Shown: piece by piece, positions 1-14,854 of the stretch
How the letters are laid out: each line of letters starts with the position of its first letter
Numbering within the stretch: the stretch's first letter is position 1
Source of the DNA: Nemertoderma westbladi
Lineage: Eukaryota > Animalia > Xenacoelomorpha
DNA: 42,448 nucleotides
Assembly (NCBI GenBank): GCA_032718475.1
Contig: JAUCBJ010005154.1
Span: 1 to 42,448, forward strand
Direction: 5' to 3'
Program-made: the position numbers and the translations under genes
Notes under the pieces: generated by a model
Databases searched by the model: none
The model's input: the letters and a program-made list of their open reading frames with translations, nothing else
Told to the model about the DNA's origin: nothing

Positions 1-360
1 GGGGTGTGGTGTGGTGGAGGCCGCCAGAAAATGCGATTTATTGATTAATATTTTATATTAGGTATATATTAGTCAGTCATATATTGGTTGTAGTGGCTAG
101 AGAACTCGCTACGGGGAGAAAATATTGGAAAAACTTATAGAACGTGTTAATAATGTAATAAGAAAATAAATAGTGGTAAATAATTAAATACTAGCCCAAC
201 TAGCATGCAGTCTCGGTACCAGAACATTTTATGACTATCCAATCATAAAGAATTTAAGAAGTTCCACCACAATTAACGTTATGTTATATAGTTACAATAA
301 AATAAATAGGGTCTGTAAATAAATAGGTTTGACAATCATCTTACAATCTATACATACTTC

Positions 361-842
361 ACATTAAAATGGAAAAATATATTAATTATACAATAAAATG
401 GAACAATATATTAATTATACATTAAAATGGAAAAATATATTAATTATACAATAAAATGGAACAATATATTAATTATACATTAATATGGAAAAATATATTA
501 ATTATACAATAAAATGGAACAATATATTAATTATGCAATAAAATGGAACAATATATTAATTATACATTAAAATGGAACAAGATATTGATTATACAATAAA
601 ATGGAACAATATATTAATCATACAGTAAAATGGAACAATATATTAATTATGCAATAAAATGGAACAATATATTAATTATACATTAAAATAGAACAAGATA
701 TTGATTATACAATAAAATGGAACAATATATTAATCATACAGTAAAATGGAACAATATATTAATCATACAATAAAATGGAACAATATATTAATTATACAAT
801 AAAATGGAACTATATATTAATTATACAATAAAATGGAACAAT
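361..842. repeat. AT-rich minisatellite, 29-bp unit (ACAATAAAATGGAACAATATATTAATTAT), ~16-17 copies
   Basis: Tandem units read directly; probably lies in the intron upstream of the CRAT last exon. Confidence 0.95.
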
Positions 843-1064
843 TCTGACATTATTACTGGAGCTCTGCTCGGGTTCCTACAGACTACAATAAAATAATCTA
901 TACATAGTATACATTTTCTGAGATTCGTTTAAAGATTATTTTAAGTTTATGGTTGGAATCCAATAGTGTAAAAAATTAAATATAATTAATAGGCAATAAA
1001 TAATTAGTAAAATGTTTATGATAAATTTAACCGTTCGTAGTGAGGCGTTGCTAAACGGCAGTTA

Positions 1065-1488
1065 GTTCTAGAACATCAACAGTTTACGTACCAAGTACAT
1101 GTGTTATCAATGTTCTAGACCATCAACAGTTTACGTACCAAGTACATGTGTTATCAACGTTCTAGAACATCAACAGTTTACGTACCAAGTACATGTGTTA
1201 TCAATGTTCTAGAACATCTACAGTTTACGTACCAAGTACATGTGTCATCAATGTTCTAGAACCTCTACAGTTTACGTACCAAGTACATGTGTTATCAATG
1301 TTCTAGAACATCTACAGTTTACGTACCAAGTACATGTGTTATCAATGTTCTAGAACATCTACAGTTTACGTACCAAGTACATGTGTTATCAATGTTCTAG
1401 AACCTCTACAGTTTACGTACCAAGTACATGTGTTATCAATGTTCTAGAACATCAACAGTTTACGTACCAATACATGTGTTATCAATGT
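1065..1488. repeat. Minisatellite, 47-bp unit (GTTCTAGAACATCAACAGTTTACGTACCAAGTACATGTGTTATCAAT), 9 copies
   Basis: Unit starts recur at 1065, 1112 ... 1441 (period 47); most units begin with the palindrome GTTCTAGAAC. Confidence 0.95.
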
Positions 1489-1742
1489 CGCAGTTAGAGT
1501 AAAAATACCTCCAGAAGAAGTCTATAAGTCTCGCCTTAATGCCAGCCCTTTCGAGAAATCTACCATTAGAAGATAAAGTATTAGCTCGTAAAGGTGCACG
1601 ATACCAAAAGTTTTGTTTACACCGAACCTTTCGTGGTATTTTCAATTTGAAATTATTGTTAATAATTTTAATAAAACTACATAAGTACCTTTTTGCACAT
1701 AACTTTACAGTGTTCTTAACATTCCCTTTCATATTTATTTAG

Positions 1743-2459
1743 ATTGATAATGACATTGCCGATGCATCGGAACACCTCGACGGTTTAGTGAATGAGCTTG
1801 ATGTAATAGCCCATCGATTCCCTGACTACGGACGAGAGTTCCCCAAGTCGGAGGGTTTCTCCCCGGACGCGTGGATCCAGCAGGCCTTCCAGTTGGCCTA
1901 CTACCGACGGCACGGTCGACTAACCGCCACGTACGAGACGGGTTCAACGCGTCGTTTCAAACTCGGGCGAACCGACACGATCCGGTCCGCATCAGAGTCC
2001 GCGCTGGCGTTCGCGGAGTCAATGGTTGACGCGGTACCGGTCCGTGAGAAACTCCGTCGTCTCAGAGCAGCGGTCGCCGGTCACGTTGAGTTGACGCGAT
2101 GGGCAACGGCGGGGCAGGGAGTTGACAGACACCTCCTTGGGTTGCGAAAGATCGTCTCCGAACTAGGAAGGCCCGTACCGGATGTATTCACAGACTCAGT
2201 CTACGCCCGATCCCTCAATTTTGGGTTATCGACGAGTCAGGTTCCCAGTAGATTTGAGTTGTTCTTCGGTTTCGGTCCTGCTGTTCCCAATGGTTACGGG
2301 GTCTGTTACAACCCCCAGCCTAATTCTATACTCAGTGTTATCTCGTCCAATCGTTCTTGTTCAACTACGGGCTCTGCTGCTATGGGAGATACTATCAGCC
2401 AATCATTGGTCGATATGAAGGATATGCTGATATCAGCTAATAGCAAGTCTCGGTTGTGA
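1743..2459 (+). CDS. CRAT: Carnitine O-acetyltransferase (choline/carnitine acyltransferase family), terminal coding exon; upstream exons lie outside the window
   Basis: Translation IDNDIADASEHLDGLVNELDV...SPDAWIQQAFQLAYYR...TYETGSTRRFKLGRTDTIRSAS...DRHLLGL...LSTSQVP...FGPAVPNGYGVCYNP matches family motifs (STS carnitine motif, GRT, DRHL). The C-terminal SRL is a PTS1 signal, as expected for CrAT rather than ChAT. Pyrimidine-rich acceptor ttccctttcatatttatttag ends at 1742, phase 0 and in frame with ORF 1788-2459. Confidence 0.88.
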   Translation: MDNDIADASEHLDGLVNELDVIAHRFPDYGREFPKSEGFSPDAWIQQAFQLAYYRRHGRLTATYETGSTRRFKLGRTDTIRSASESALAFAESMVDAVPVREKLRRLRAAVAGHVELTRWATAGQGVDRHLLGLRKIVSELGRPVPDVFTDSVYARSLNFGLSTSQVPSRFELFFGFGPAVPNGYGVCYNPQPNSILSVISSNRSCSTTGSAAMGDTISQSLVDMKDMLISANSKSRL

Positions 2460-3053
2460 GTCATACGAGCTATGACCCAAAACCAGTGATGATGCTAATA
2501 CTGATAGATAATTATGATTATACAGTATTGGGTACATTACATACAAACTGCAAACTTTGGTGATTTATGATTTATATTTAAGTTAAAAGCGTCGATTATG
2601 GGAAACGGTTTTAAATTAATTTTAATTGTAACTACAATTTTAACTTAATGTTTTATATTTACAAAAATAATAGAAACAATTAGCTGCATAAAATAATGTC
2701 CTTGTGTCAGTCTAATGAACATAAAATTAGTAAACTGATAATGTGTCGAATATGAAACACGCGAGGCAATCTGAATTCTCCTCTCTCTTGGCTATTGCCT
2801 GTATGGCAAAGGGGCGCCATACTAACTCCCAAGGATTCCCACTGTATTTTTGCTGAGTTTGCGCAAGTACTAACATCAAATGCGTCTTGTCTAGGGAACT
2901 GCGCCACTACACACTATTGTAAAATTGATTAATTATGAATCTCATTAATTACAGTTGCATTAACAGCTAAACCCCAATTCATTTAATTCATATTACCTGA
3001 CCGCGATACTCGAGCTGAATATTTATTTATTTGTACTTTCCTCCTGTTTCACT

Positions 3054-6000
3054 CTAACCAACATAACGGTGTACAGATAAACCAACCTAACCAACATAAC
3101 GGTGTACAGATACACCAACCTAACCAACATAACGGTGTACAGATAAACCAACCTAACCAACATAACGGTGTACAGATACACCAACCTAACCAACATAACG
3201 GTGTACAGATAAACCAACCTAACCAACATAACGGTGTACAGATACACCAACCTAACCAACATAACGGTGTACAGATACACCAACCTAACCAACATAACGG
3301 TGTACAGATAAACCAACCTAACCAACATAACGGTGTACAGATACACCAACCTAACCAACATAACGGTGTACAGATAAACCAACCTAACCAACATAACGGT
3401 GTACAGATACACCAACCTAACCAACATAACGGTGTACAGATAAACCAACCTAACCAACATAACGGTGTACAGATACACCAACCTAACCAACATAACGGTG
3501 TACAGATACACCAACCTAACCAACATAACGGTGTACAGATACACCAACCTAACCAACATAACGGTGTACAGATACACTAACCTAACCAACAAAACGGTGT
3601 ACAGATACACCAACCTAACCAACATAACGGTGTACAGATACACCAACCTAACCAACGTAACGGTGTACAGATACACCAACCTAACCAACGTAACGGTGTA
3701 CAGATACACCAACCCAACCAACGTAACGGTGTACAGATAAACCAACCTAACCAACATAACGTTGTACAGATACACCAACCTAACCAACATAACGGTGTAC
3801 AGATAAACCAACCTATCCAACATAACGGTGTACAAATAAACCAACCTAACCAACATAACGGTGTACAGATACACCAACCTAACCAACATAACGGTGTACA
3901 GATAAACCAACCTAACCAACATAACGGTGTACAGATAAACCAACCTAACCAACATAACGGTGTACAGATACACCAACCTAACAAACATAACGGTGTACAA
4001 ATACACCAACCTAACGGTGTACAGATAAACCAACCTAACCAACATAACGGTGTACAGATACACCAACCTAACCAACGTAACGGTGTACAGATACACCAAC
4101 CTAACCAACATAACGGTGTACAGATAAACCAACCTAACCAACATAACGGTGTACAGATACACCAACCTAACAAACATAACGGTGTACAGATACACCAACC
4201 TAACGGTGTACAGATAAACCAACCTAACCAACATAACGGTGTACAGATAAACCAACCTAACCAACATTACGGTGTACAGATAAACCAACCTAACCAACAT
4301 AACGGTGTACAGATACACCAACCTAACCAACATAACGGTGTACAGATAAACCAACCTAACCAACATAACGGTGTACAGATACACCAACCTAACCAACATA
4401 ACGGTGTACAGATACACCAACCTAACCAACATAACGGTGTACAGATACACCAACCTAACCAACATAACGGTGTACAGATACACTAACCTAACCAACAAAA
4501 CGGTGTACAGATACACCAACCTAACCAACATAACGGTGTACAGATACACCAACCTAACCAACGTAACGGTGTACAGATACACCAACCTAACCAACGTAAC
4601 GGTGTACAGATACACCAACCCAACCAACGTAACGGTGTACAGATAAACCAACCTAACCAACATAACGTTGTACAGATACACCAACCTAACCAACATAACG
4701 GTGTACAGATAAACCAACCTATCCAACATAACGGTGTACAAATAAACCAACCTAACCAACATAACGGTGTACAGATACACCAACCTAACCAACATAACGG
4801 TGTACAGATAAACCAACCTAACCAACATAACGGTGTACAGATAAACCAACCTAACCAACATAACGGTGTACAGATACACCAACCTAACAAACATAACGGT
4901 GTACAAATACACCAACCTAACGGTGTACAGATAAACCAACCTAACCAACATAACGGTGTACAGATACACCAACCTAACCAACGTAACGGTGTACAGATAC
5001 ACCAACCTAACCAACATAACGGTGTACAGATAAACCAACCTAACCAACATAACGGTGTACAGATACACCAACCTAACAAACATAACGGTGTACAGATACA
5101 CCAACCTAACGGTGTACAGATAAACCAACCTAACCAACATAACGGTGTACAGATAAACCAACCTAACCAACATTACGGTGTACAGATAAACCAACCTAAC
5201 CAACATAACGGTGTACAGATACACCAACCTAACAAACATAACGGTGTACAGATACACCAACCTAACGGTGTACAGATAAACCAACCTAACCAAAGTAACG
5301 GTGTAAAGATACACCAACCTAACCAACATAACGGTGTACAGATACACCAACCTTACGGTGTACAGATAAACCAACCTAACCAACGTAACGGTGTACAGAC
5401 ACACCAACCTAACCAATATAACGGTGTACAGATAAACCAACCTAACCAACATAACGGTGTACAGATACACCAACCTAACCAACATAACGGTGTACAGATA
5501 CACCAACCTAACCAACGTAACGGTGTACAGATACACCAACCTAACCAACATAACGGTGTACAGATACACCAACCTAACCAACATAACGGTGTACAGATAC
5601 ACAACCTAACCAACATAACGGTGTACAGATACACCAACCTAACCAACATAACGGTGTACAGATACACCAACCTAACCAACATAACGGTGTACAGATACAC
5701 CAATCTAACCAACATAACGGTGTACAGATACACCAACCTAACCAACATAACGGTGTACAGATACACCAACCTAACCAACATAACGGTGTACAAATACACC
5801 AACCTAACCAACAAAACGGTGTACAGATACACCAACCTAACCAACATAACGGTGTACAGATACACCAACCTAACCAACATAACGGTGTACAGATACACCA
5901 ACCTAACCAACGTAACGGTGTACAGATACACCAACCTAACGGTGTACAGATAAACCAACCTAACCAACATAATGGTGTACAGATACACCAACCTAACCAA

Positions 6001-9000
6001 CGTAACGGTGTACAGATACACCAACCTAACCAACATAACGGTGTACAGATAAACCAACCTAACCAACGTAACGGTGTACAGATACACCAACCTAACCAAC
6101 ATAACGGTGTACAGATAAACCAAACTAACCAACATAACGGTGTACAGATAAACCAACCAAACCAACATAACGGTGTACGGTACAGATACACCAACCTAAC
6201 CAACGTAACGGTGTACAGATAAACCAAACTAACCAACATAACGGTGTACAGATAAACCAACCAAACCAACATAACGGTGTACGGTACAGATACACCAACC
6301 TAACCAACGTAACGGTGTACAGATACACCAACCTAACCAACATAACGGTGTACAGATAAAACAACCTATCCAACATAACGACCAACATAACGGTGTACAG
6401 ATACACCAACCTAACCAACATAACGGTGTACAGATAATCCAACCTAACCAACATAACGGTGTACAGATACACCAACCTAACCAACGTAACGGTGTACAGA
6501 TACACCAACCTAACCAACATAACGGTGTACAGATACACCAACCTAACCAACGTAACGGTGTACATACAGATACACCAACCTAACCAACATAACGGTATAC
6601 AGATACACCAACCTAACCAACGTAACGGTGTACAGATACACCAACGTAACGGTGTACAGATACACCAACCTAACCAACATAACGGTGTACAGATACACCA
6701 ACCTAACCAACATAACGGTGTACAGATACACCAACCTGACGGTGTACAGATAAACCAACCCAACCAAAGTATCGGTGTAAAGATACACCAACCTAACCAA
6801 CATAACGGTGTACAGATACACCAACCTAACGGTGTACAGATAAACCAACCTAACCAACGTAACGGTGTACAGACACACCAACCTAACCAATATAACGGTG
6901 TACAGATAAACCAACCTAACCAACATAACGGTGTACAGATACACCAACCTAACCAACATAACGGTGTACAGATGCACCAACCTAACCAACATAACGGTGT
7001 ACAGATACACCAACCTAACCAACATAACGGTGTACATATACACCAACCTAACCAACATAACGGTGTACAGATACACCAACCTAACCAACATAACGGTGTA
7101 CAGATACACCAACCTAACCAACATAACGGTGTACAGATACACCAACCTAACCAACAAAACAGTGTACAGATACACCAACCTAACCAACATAACGGTGTAC
7201 AGATACACCAACCTAATCAACATAACGGTGTACAGATACACCAACCTAACCAACGTAACGGTGTACAGATACACCAACCTAACCAACATAACGGTGTACA
7301 GATAAACCAACCTAACCAACGTAACGGTGTACAGATACACCAACCTAACCAACGTAACGGTGTACAGATAAACCAACCTAACCAACATAACGGTGTACAG
7401 ATAAACCAACCTAACCAACATAACGGTGTACAGATACACCAACCTAACCAACGTAACGGTGTACAGATACACCAACCTGACCAACATAACGGTGTACAGA
7501 TAAACCAACCTATCCAACATAACGACCAACATAACGGTGTACAGATACACCAACCTAACCAACATAACGGTGTACAGATAAACCAACCTAACCAACATAA
7601 CGGTGTACAGATACACCAACCTAACCAACGTAACGGTGTACAGACACCAACCTAACCAACATAACGGTGTACAGATACACCAACCTAACCAACATAACGG
7701 TGTACAGATACACAAACCTAACCAACATAACGGTGTACAGATACACCAACCTAACCAACGTAACGGTGTACAGATACACCAACCTGACCAACATAACGGT
7801 GTACAGATAAACCAACCTATCCAACATAACGACCAACATAACGGTGTACAGATACACCAACCTAACCAAAATAACGGTGTACAGATAAACCAACCTAACC
7901 AACATAACGGTGTACAGATACACCAACCTAACCAACGTAACGGTGTACAGACACCAACCTAACCAACATAACGGTGTACAGATACACCAACCTAACCAAC
8001 ATAACGGTGTACAGATACACAAACCTAACCAACATAACGGTGTACAGATAAACCAACCTAACCAACATAACGGTGTACAGATACACCAACCTAACCAACG
8101 TAACGGTGTACAGATACACCAACCTAACCAACATAACGGTGTACAGATAAACCAAACTAACCAACATAACGGTGTACAGATACACCAACCTAACCAACAT
8201 AACGGTGTACAGATAAACCAACCTAACCAACATAACGGTGTACAGATACACCAACCTAACCAACATAACGGTGTACAGATAAACCAAACTAACCAACATA
8301 ACGGTGTACAGATACACCAACCTAACCAACGTAACGGTGTACAGATACACCAACCTAACCAACATAACGGTGTACAGATAAACCAACCTAACCAACGTAA
8401 CGGTGTACAGATACACCAACCTAACCAACGTAACGGTGTACAGATAAACCAACCTAACCAACATAACGGTGTACAGATACACAAACCTAACCAACATAAC
8501 GGTGTACAGATACACCAACCTAACCAACGTAACGGTGTACAGATACACCAACCTGACCAACATAACGGTGTACAGATAAACCAACCTATCCAACATAACG
8601 ACCAACATAACGGTGTACAGATACACCAACCTAACCAAAATAACGGTGTACAGATAAACCAACCTAACCAACATAACGGTGTACAGATACACCAACCTAA
8701 CCAACATAACGGTGTACAGATACACCAACCTAACCAACATAACGGTGTACAAATACACCAACCTAACCAACAAAACGGTGTACAGATACACCAACCTAAC
8801 CAACATAACGGTGTACAGATACACCAACCTAACCAACATAACGGTGTACAGATACACCAACCTAACCAACATAACGGTGTACAGATACACCAACCTAACC
8901 AACGTAACGGTGTACAGATACACCAACCTAACGGTGTACAGATAAACCAACCTAACCAACATAATGGTGTACAGATACACCAACCTAACCAACGTAACGG

Positions 9001-12000
9001 TGTACAGATACACCAACCTAACCAACATAACGGTGTACAGATAAACCAACCTAACCAACGTAACGGTGTACAGATACACCAACCTAACCAACATAACGGT
9101 GTACAGATAAACCAAACTAACCAACATAACGGTGTACAGATAAACCAACCAAACCAACATAACGGTGTACGGTACAGATACACCAACCTAACCAACGTAA
9201 CGGTGTACAGATAAACCAAACTAACCAACATAACGGTGTACAGATAAACCAACCAAACCAACATAACGGTGTACGGTACAGATACACCAACCTAACCAAC
9301 GTAACGGTGTACAGATACACCAACCTAACCAACATAACGGTGTACAGATAAAACAACCTATCCAACATAACGACCAACATAACGGTGTACAGATACACCA
9401 ACCTAACCAACATAACGGTGTACAGATAATCCAACCTAACCAACATAACGGTGTACAGATACACCAACCTAACCAACGTAACGGTGTACAGATACACCAA
9501 CCTAACCAACATAACGGTGTACAGATACACCAACCTAACCAACGTAACGGTGTACATACAGATACACCAACCTAACCAACATAACGGTATACAGATACAC
9601 CAACCTAACCAACGTAACGGTGTACAGATACACCAACGTAACGGTGTACAGATACACCAACCTAACCAACATAACGGTGTACAGATACACCAACCTAACC
9701 AACATAACGGTGTACAGATACACCAACCTGACGGTGTACAGATAAACCAACCTAACCAAAGTATCGGTGTAATGATACACCAACCTAACCAACATAACGG
9801 TGTACAGATACACCAACCTAACGGTGTACAGATAAACCAACCTAACCAACGTAACGGTGTACAGACACACCAACCTAACCAATATAACGGTGTACAGATA
9901 AACCAACCTAACCAACATAACGGTGTACAGATACACCAACCTAACCAACATAACGGTGTACAGATGCACCAACCTAACCAACATAACGGTGTACAGATAC
10001 ACCAACCTAACCAACATAACGGTGTACATATACACCAACCTAACCAACATAACGGTGTACAGATACACCAACCTAACCAACATAACGGTGTACAGATACA
10101 CCAACCTAACCAACATAACGGTGTACAGATACACCAACCTAACCAACAATACAGTGTACAGATACACCAACCTAACCAACATAACGGTGTACAGATACAC
10201 CAACCTAATCAACATAACGGTGTACAGATACACCAACCTAACCAACGTAACGGTGTACAGATACACCAACCTAACCAACATAACGGTGTACAGATAAACC
10301 AACCTAACCAACGTAACGGTGTACAGATACACCAACCTAACCAACGTAACGGTGTACAGATAAACCAACCTAACCAACATAACGGTGTACAGATAAACCA
10401 ACCTAACCAACATAACGGTGTACAGATACACCAACCTAACCAACGTAACGGTGTACAGATACACCAACCTGACCAACATAACGGTGTACAGATAAACCAA
10501 CCTATCCAACATAACGACCAACATAACGGTGTACAGATACACCAACCTAACCAACATAACGGTGTACAGATAAACCAACCTAACCAACATAACGGTGTAC
10601 AGATACACCAACCTAACCAACGTAACGGTGTACAGACACCAACCTAACCAACATAACGGTGTACAGATACACCAACATAACCAACATAACGGTGTACAGA
10701 TACACAAACCTAACCAACATAACGGTGTACAGATACACCAACCTAACCAACGTAACGGTGTACAGATACACCAACCTGACCAACATAACGGTGTACAGAT
10801 AAACCAACCTATCCAACATAACGACCAACATAACGGTGTACAGATACACCAACCTAACCAAAATAACGGTGTACAGATAAACCAACCTAACCAACATAAC
10901 GGTGTACAGATACACCAACCTAACCAACGTAACGGTGTACAGACACCAACCTAACCAACATAACGGTGTACAGATACACCAACCTAACCAACATAACGGT
11001 GTACAGATACACAAACCTAACCAACATAACGGTGTACAGATAAACCAACCTAACCAACATAACGGTGTACAGATACACCAACCTAACCAACGTAACGGTG
11101 TACAGATACACCAACCTAACCAACATAACGGTGTACAGATAAACCAAACTAACCAACATAACGGTGTACAGATACACCAACCTAACCAACATAACGGTGT
11201 ACAGATAAACCAACCTAACCAACATAACGGTGTACAGATACACCAACCTAACCAACATAACGGTGTACAGATAAACCAAACTAACCAACATAACGGTGTA
11301 CAGATACACCAACCTAACCAACGTAACGGTGTACAGATACACCAACCTAACCAACATAACGGTGTACAGATAAACCAACCTAACCAACGTAACGGTGTAC
11401 AGATACACCAACCTAACCAACGTAACGGTGTACAGATAAACCAACCTAACCAACATAACGGTGTACAGATACACAAACCTAACCAACATAACGGTGTACA
11501 GATACACCAACCTAACCAACGTAACGGTGTACAGATACACCAACCTGACCAACATAACGGTGTACAGATAAACCAACCTATCCAACATAACGACCAACAT
11601 AACGGTGTACAGATACACCAACCTAACCAAATTAACGGTGTACAGATAAACCAACCTAACCAACATAACGGTGTACAGATACACCAACCTAACCAACGTA
11701 ACGGTGTACAGACACCAACCTAACCAACATAACGGTGTACAGATACACCAACCTAACCAACATAACGGTGTACAGATACACAAACCTAACCAACATAACG
11801 GTGTACAGATAAACCAACCTAACCAACATAACGGTGTACAGATACACCAACCTAACCAACGTAACGGTGTACAGATACACCAACCTAACCAACATAACGG
11901 TGTACAGATAAACCAAACTAACCAACATAACGGTGTACAGATAAACCAACCTAACCAACATAACGGTGTACAGATACACCAACCTAACCAACGTAACGGT

Positions 12001-12093
12001 GTACAGATACACTAACCTAACCAACGTAACGGTGTACAGATACACCAACCTAACCAACATAACGGTGTACAGATACACCAACCTAACCAACAT
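3054..12093. repeat. 9-kb satellite array, 33-bp unit (CTAACCAACATAACGGTGTACAGATACACCAAC), roughly 275 copies, with higher-order duplications
   Basis: Continuous tandem units. Variant blocks recur at offsets of 906 bp (ORFs 3465/4371), 2992 bp (6459/9451), 307 bp (7603/7910) and 769 bp (10902/11671). Confidence 0.97.
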
Positions 12094-12119
12094 GTTTTAA
12101 AACTATTATTGTTAACGTT

Positions 12120-12700
12120 TTGTCTGTGTCTATTGTCAGTCTGTCTGTCTGTCCAATTGTCAGTTGACGAGGCTCTAATATTATAATTCAGTAAATATTT
12201 TCATTTCATAGCCTAGTTTATCTTATATAATATTCTGATAACTAAATAGAGAATAGAGTCACAGCGAAGTATGAAAAGTTGAATCTTATTTTTTTCCTTC
12301 GGATACTCTTACCGGATCCAGATGAAACTTTCGATAATAATAATAATTAGAAGTAATAATTAAAGATAAGTAAGTAATAAACATTTCAATTGTTGCTGAT
12401 ACTGTACAAAATCAGTCCAGTAACTATGGGTATATACGACATGTCAAAATGTAGTTTTTTTAACGCTCTTTCACGTGGTATGCTTTTTATGCTGAACTGA
12501 AACCATGTCTTTCGCTCAGAACTTTCAAAAGGTGACCGAACGTAAAAATAATTTTTCAATAAATAATAAACATTTCAATTATTGCTGATACAATATCACT
12601 CTAGTATGTATATGACATGTCAAAATGTGGCATTTTTAAAGGTCTTTCACATGGTATACCTCTTAAACTGGTACAACTTAAAGCCACTCTGTCCACAGTA
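12120..12700. mobile_element. Possible non-autonomous Helentron/DINE-1-like remnant next to the satellite
   Basis: (GTCT)n microsatellite at ~12138-12153, then two diverged ~100-bp direct copies (AATAAACATTTCAATT..GCTGATAC..GACATGTCAAAATGT..TCTTTCAC.TGGTAT) at ~12376 and ~12565. Termini not identified. Confidence 0.35.
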
Positions 12701-13793
12701 AATATATGGAAGCAAAACCACAAGTGGCATAAGTTACCCCACTTGACATTTTCACTTCACAAACACAACCAACGCAGTACAGAAATTATTACCACTTAAA
12801 TTTTGAAATTGGCCTAAGATACCCCACACCACGGTAATTCTCGAGATAATTAAGAATATGTAAGATCTTCTTAACATGTTGAGCTCAATATCCATTGCTC
12901 TCGAACACACTTCAGCCACGTTGTTGCTTTTCATTATTATCAACAAAATCAACTAGAGTTTGTTATTGATTGCTTATTACAGTAGTTGTAACCCAGAATC
13001 AATGCTCTACTGTACCATTCAGCTGAATGGATTTGAGCAATTACTAAGTTACAGAGTGAGCTCTCTCTGACCATAGGCAAATAACATTTTACCCAGCTGA
13101 TAGCTCCTTCCCTCAGAATACAACACAACTCTTGCCCTGGATTCAATGAAAGTGAATGTCTATTACGTACAGAAGGTTCCTGGGAAATCTGGCCTCCTGA
13201 ATGACTTTTTAGTTATACAGTAGTGTACAGGTACAGTTGAGCGCTTGAAAAATGGAATTTTTTTTAAATTTACTATGAACATATTATTCTATTGTTAGTT
13301 GGTCATGGTCACCGGGTTTTACAAACGACGACAATGGAATCACTGATACTGATATGTGGAGGGTAGGTCAAAGGTTAGAATAATACGTATATATATAATA
13401 CGAATAATAATATTGGAAATTGGACTTTTGTAAACAACCTACTGTTGCCATGTTAAAATGTGACATAATTATGTTGAAAAGTTGGTTCCCCTTAAAAAAT
13501 GAAAGGTTTGGTAATTATCTACACCTGTGCCAATTATGATACTTACATCAACCTCACTATTGGAGTTCAGCGACTTAACGAAAGCTACTACTGGATGTTC
13601 GGATTGAATAAATAAAATTAATGTGTTCATGGTTTCTTAGTAACACTTAATCTATGTAATTTCTAGAACGCAGTTAGTTTTTCAAAATCTATGTAATATT
13701 TTATGAAACAGTATGTAGGCTGAGAAACGAGAAGTAATGAGCAAACAACTATGCCCACTGTAAAAACCTTGGGGAAAATGTAACTTGGAAAAA

Positions 13794-14124
13794 ATGGCTA
13801 CCATTTTTGCACCACATGATGGGTCGTTGTGTGGGGATAGCAATAGGGCTACGCCAGAGCCAGACATCCAGAATACAAAGATATGTGCTGAAAGTGAAAC
13901 AATCCCCTTAGACACAGCAGGGGGAGCAGCTGCAAGAAGGGCGCATTTACAATGGCCACCACCACAAGCCCCCTACCACGACCCCTACCGTAGGAGGTAC
14001 TGGGTGTTGGTTATTAATGTGATAGTCATCGTTATTCTCATAATCATAGGATTCTGGCACCTCAATGGTGGAAACAATGATGACCAGGGGGATTTATCTC
14101 AGACTCAGAATTATACAGGATCAG
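13794..14124 (+). CDS. Putative first coding exon of a small single-pass type II membrane protein
   Basis: AAAATGG start at 13794. Basic RRR precedes the hydrophobic stretch YWVLVINVIVIVILIIIGFW, followed by an NYT sequon and a consensus donor CAG|GTAAGT at 14124/14125 (phase 1). GC content is higher than in the flanks. Confidence 0.55.
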
Positions 14125-14531
14125 GTAAGTCTGGAGAGGGTACTAGCATTACTTTCTCATATGGACACCACTTTTTAAATTACTTACTTGTTACGGTCAC
14201 GTATGGGATGGGTTGGGATGGGTACTACTGTGTTTTGAGTAGGCCTCGGCCTACACCCATTCGGCATTACTATGGTATGTATAAGCGAATATTGAAAATT
14301 TTTTGAATTGATTTTAATAATTGTTTTCGTGCATGTAACTATAACATAAAAAGTCAAAATCAGAGACACAATGAGTGATTTCAACTGACAAGAAAAATTG
14401 TTGTGCTAAATTTTATGGTAGCTAGAGTTTTAGATAGGTTTAGCTAGTAATTTCGACACTGGTTCCGACATCCTACTTCCTTGTATAAATATATTGTAGT
14501 AGCTAGTTCTTATTACTATTTGTATAGAAAA

Positions 14532-14854
14532 TGTTCCAGAACATGTGAGCTTAAAAAAAAATATGTTCTAGAACAAATATTTTTTGTTCTACAACACTTA
14601 GAAAAAATCTGGATTCTATTTAAAACGCATGGAATCGTTTTAAAACGTGTTTAAAAATTTAATTCAATAATAAAATGTTTTCAATTTTTTTTATTGATTT
14701 TAAACACGTTTAGAACGATTTTACAGGTTTTAGAACGATTCCATGTGTTTTAAATAGAATCCAGATTTCTTCTAAAAAATGTATAATTATGTAAAATTAT
14801 TTGTTCTAGAACATAATTATTTTAAAAAATGAATAGCTAACATGTTCTGGAACA
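14532..14854. repeat. ~320-bp imperfect palindrome (foldback/MITE-like)
   Basis: Nested arms TGTTCCAGAACATGT/ACATGTTCTGGAACA, TATGTTCTAGAACAAATA/TATTTGTTCTAGAACATA and AATCTGGATTCTATTTAAAAC.CATGGAATCGTT with its reverse complement. Confidence 0.8.

Noticed and set aside
1065-1488. CRISPR-like appearance of the palindrome-containing tandem arrays (also 32210-32457)
   Set aside because: The spacers are identical or related rather than unique, there are no cas genes, and the context is eukaryotic.
1494-1742. Possible additional CRAT exon (ORF 1539-1742; acceptor-like TCGCAG at ~1493)
   Set aside because: No frame resembles the expected upstream CrAT sequence, and there is no good donor.
3023-12093. 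Many long ORFs (VMLVRLVYLYT, NQHNGVQIHQP and similar repeats, up to 859 aa)
   Set aside because: The 33-bp unit is a multiple of 3 and stop-free in several frames on both strands; frames switch at indels, so there is no sign of coding constraint.
3054-12093. Interstitial telomere, or an array of repeated 3' splice sites (CTAAC...TACAG)
   Set aside because: Only a single CCTAACC per 33-bp unit rather than (TTAGG)n or (TTAGGG)n runs, and no pyrimidine tract between the branch-like motif and the AG.
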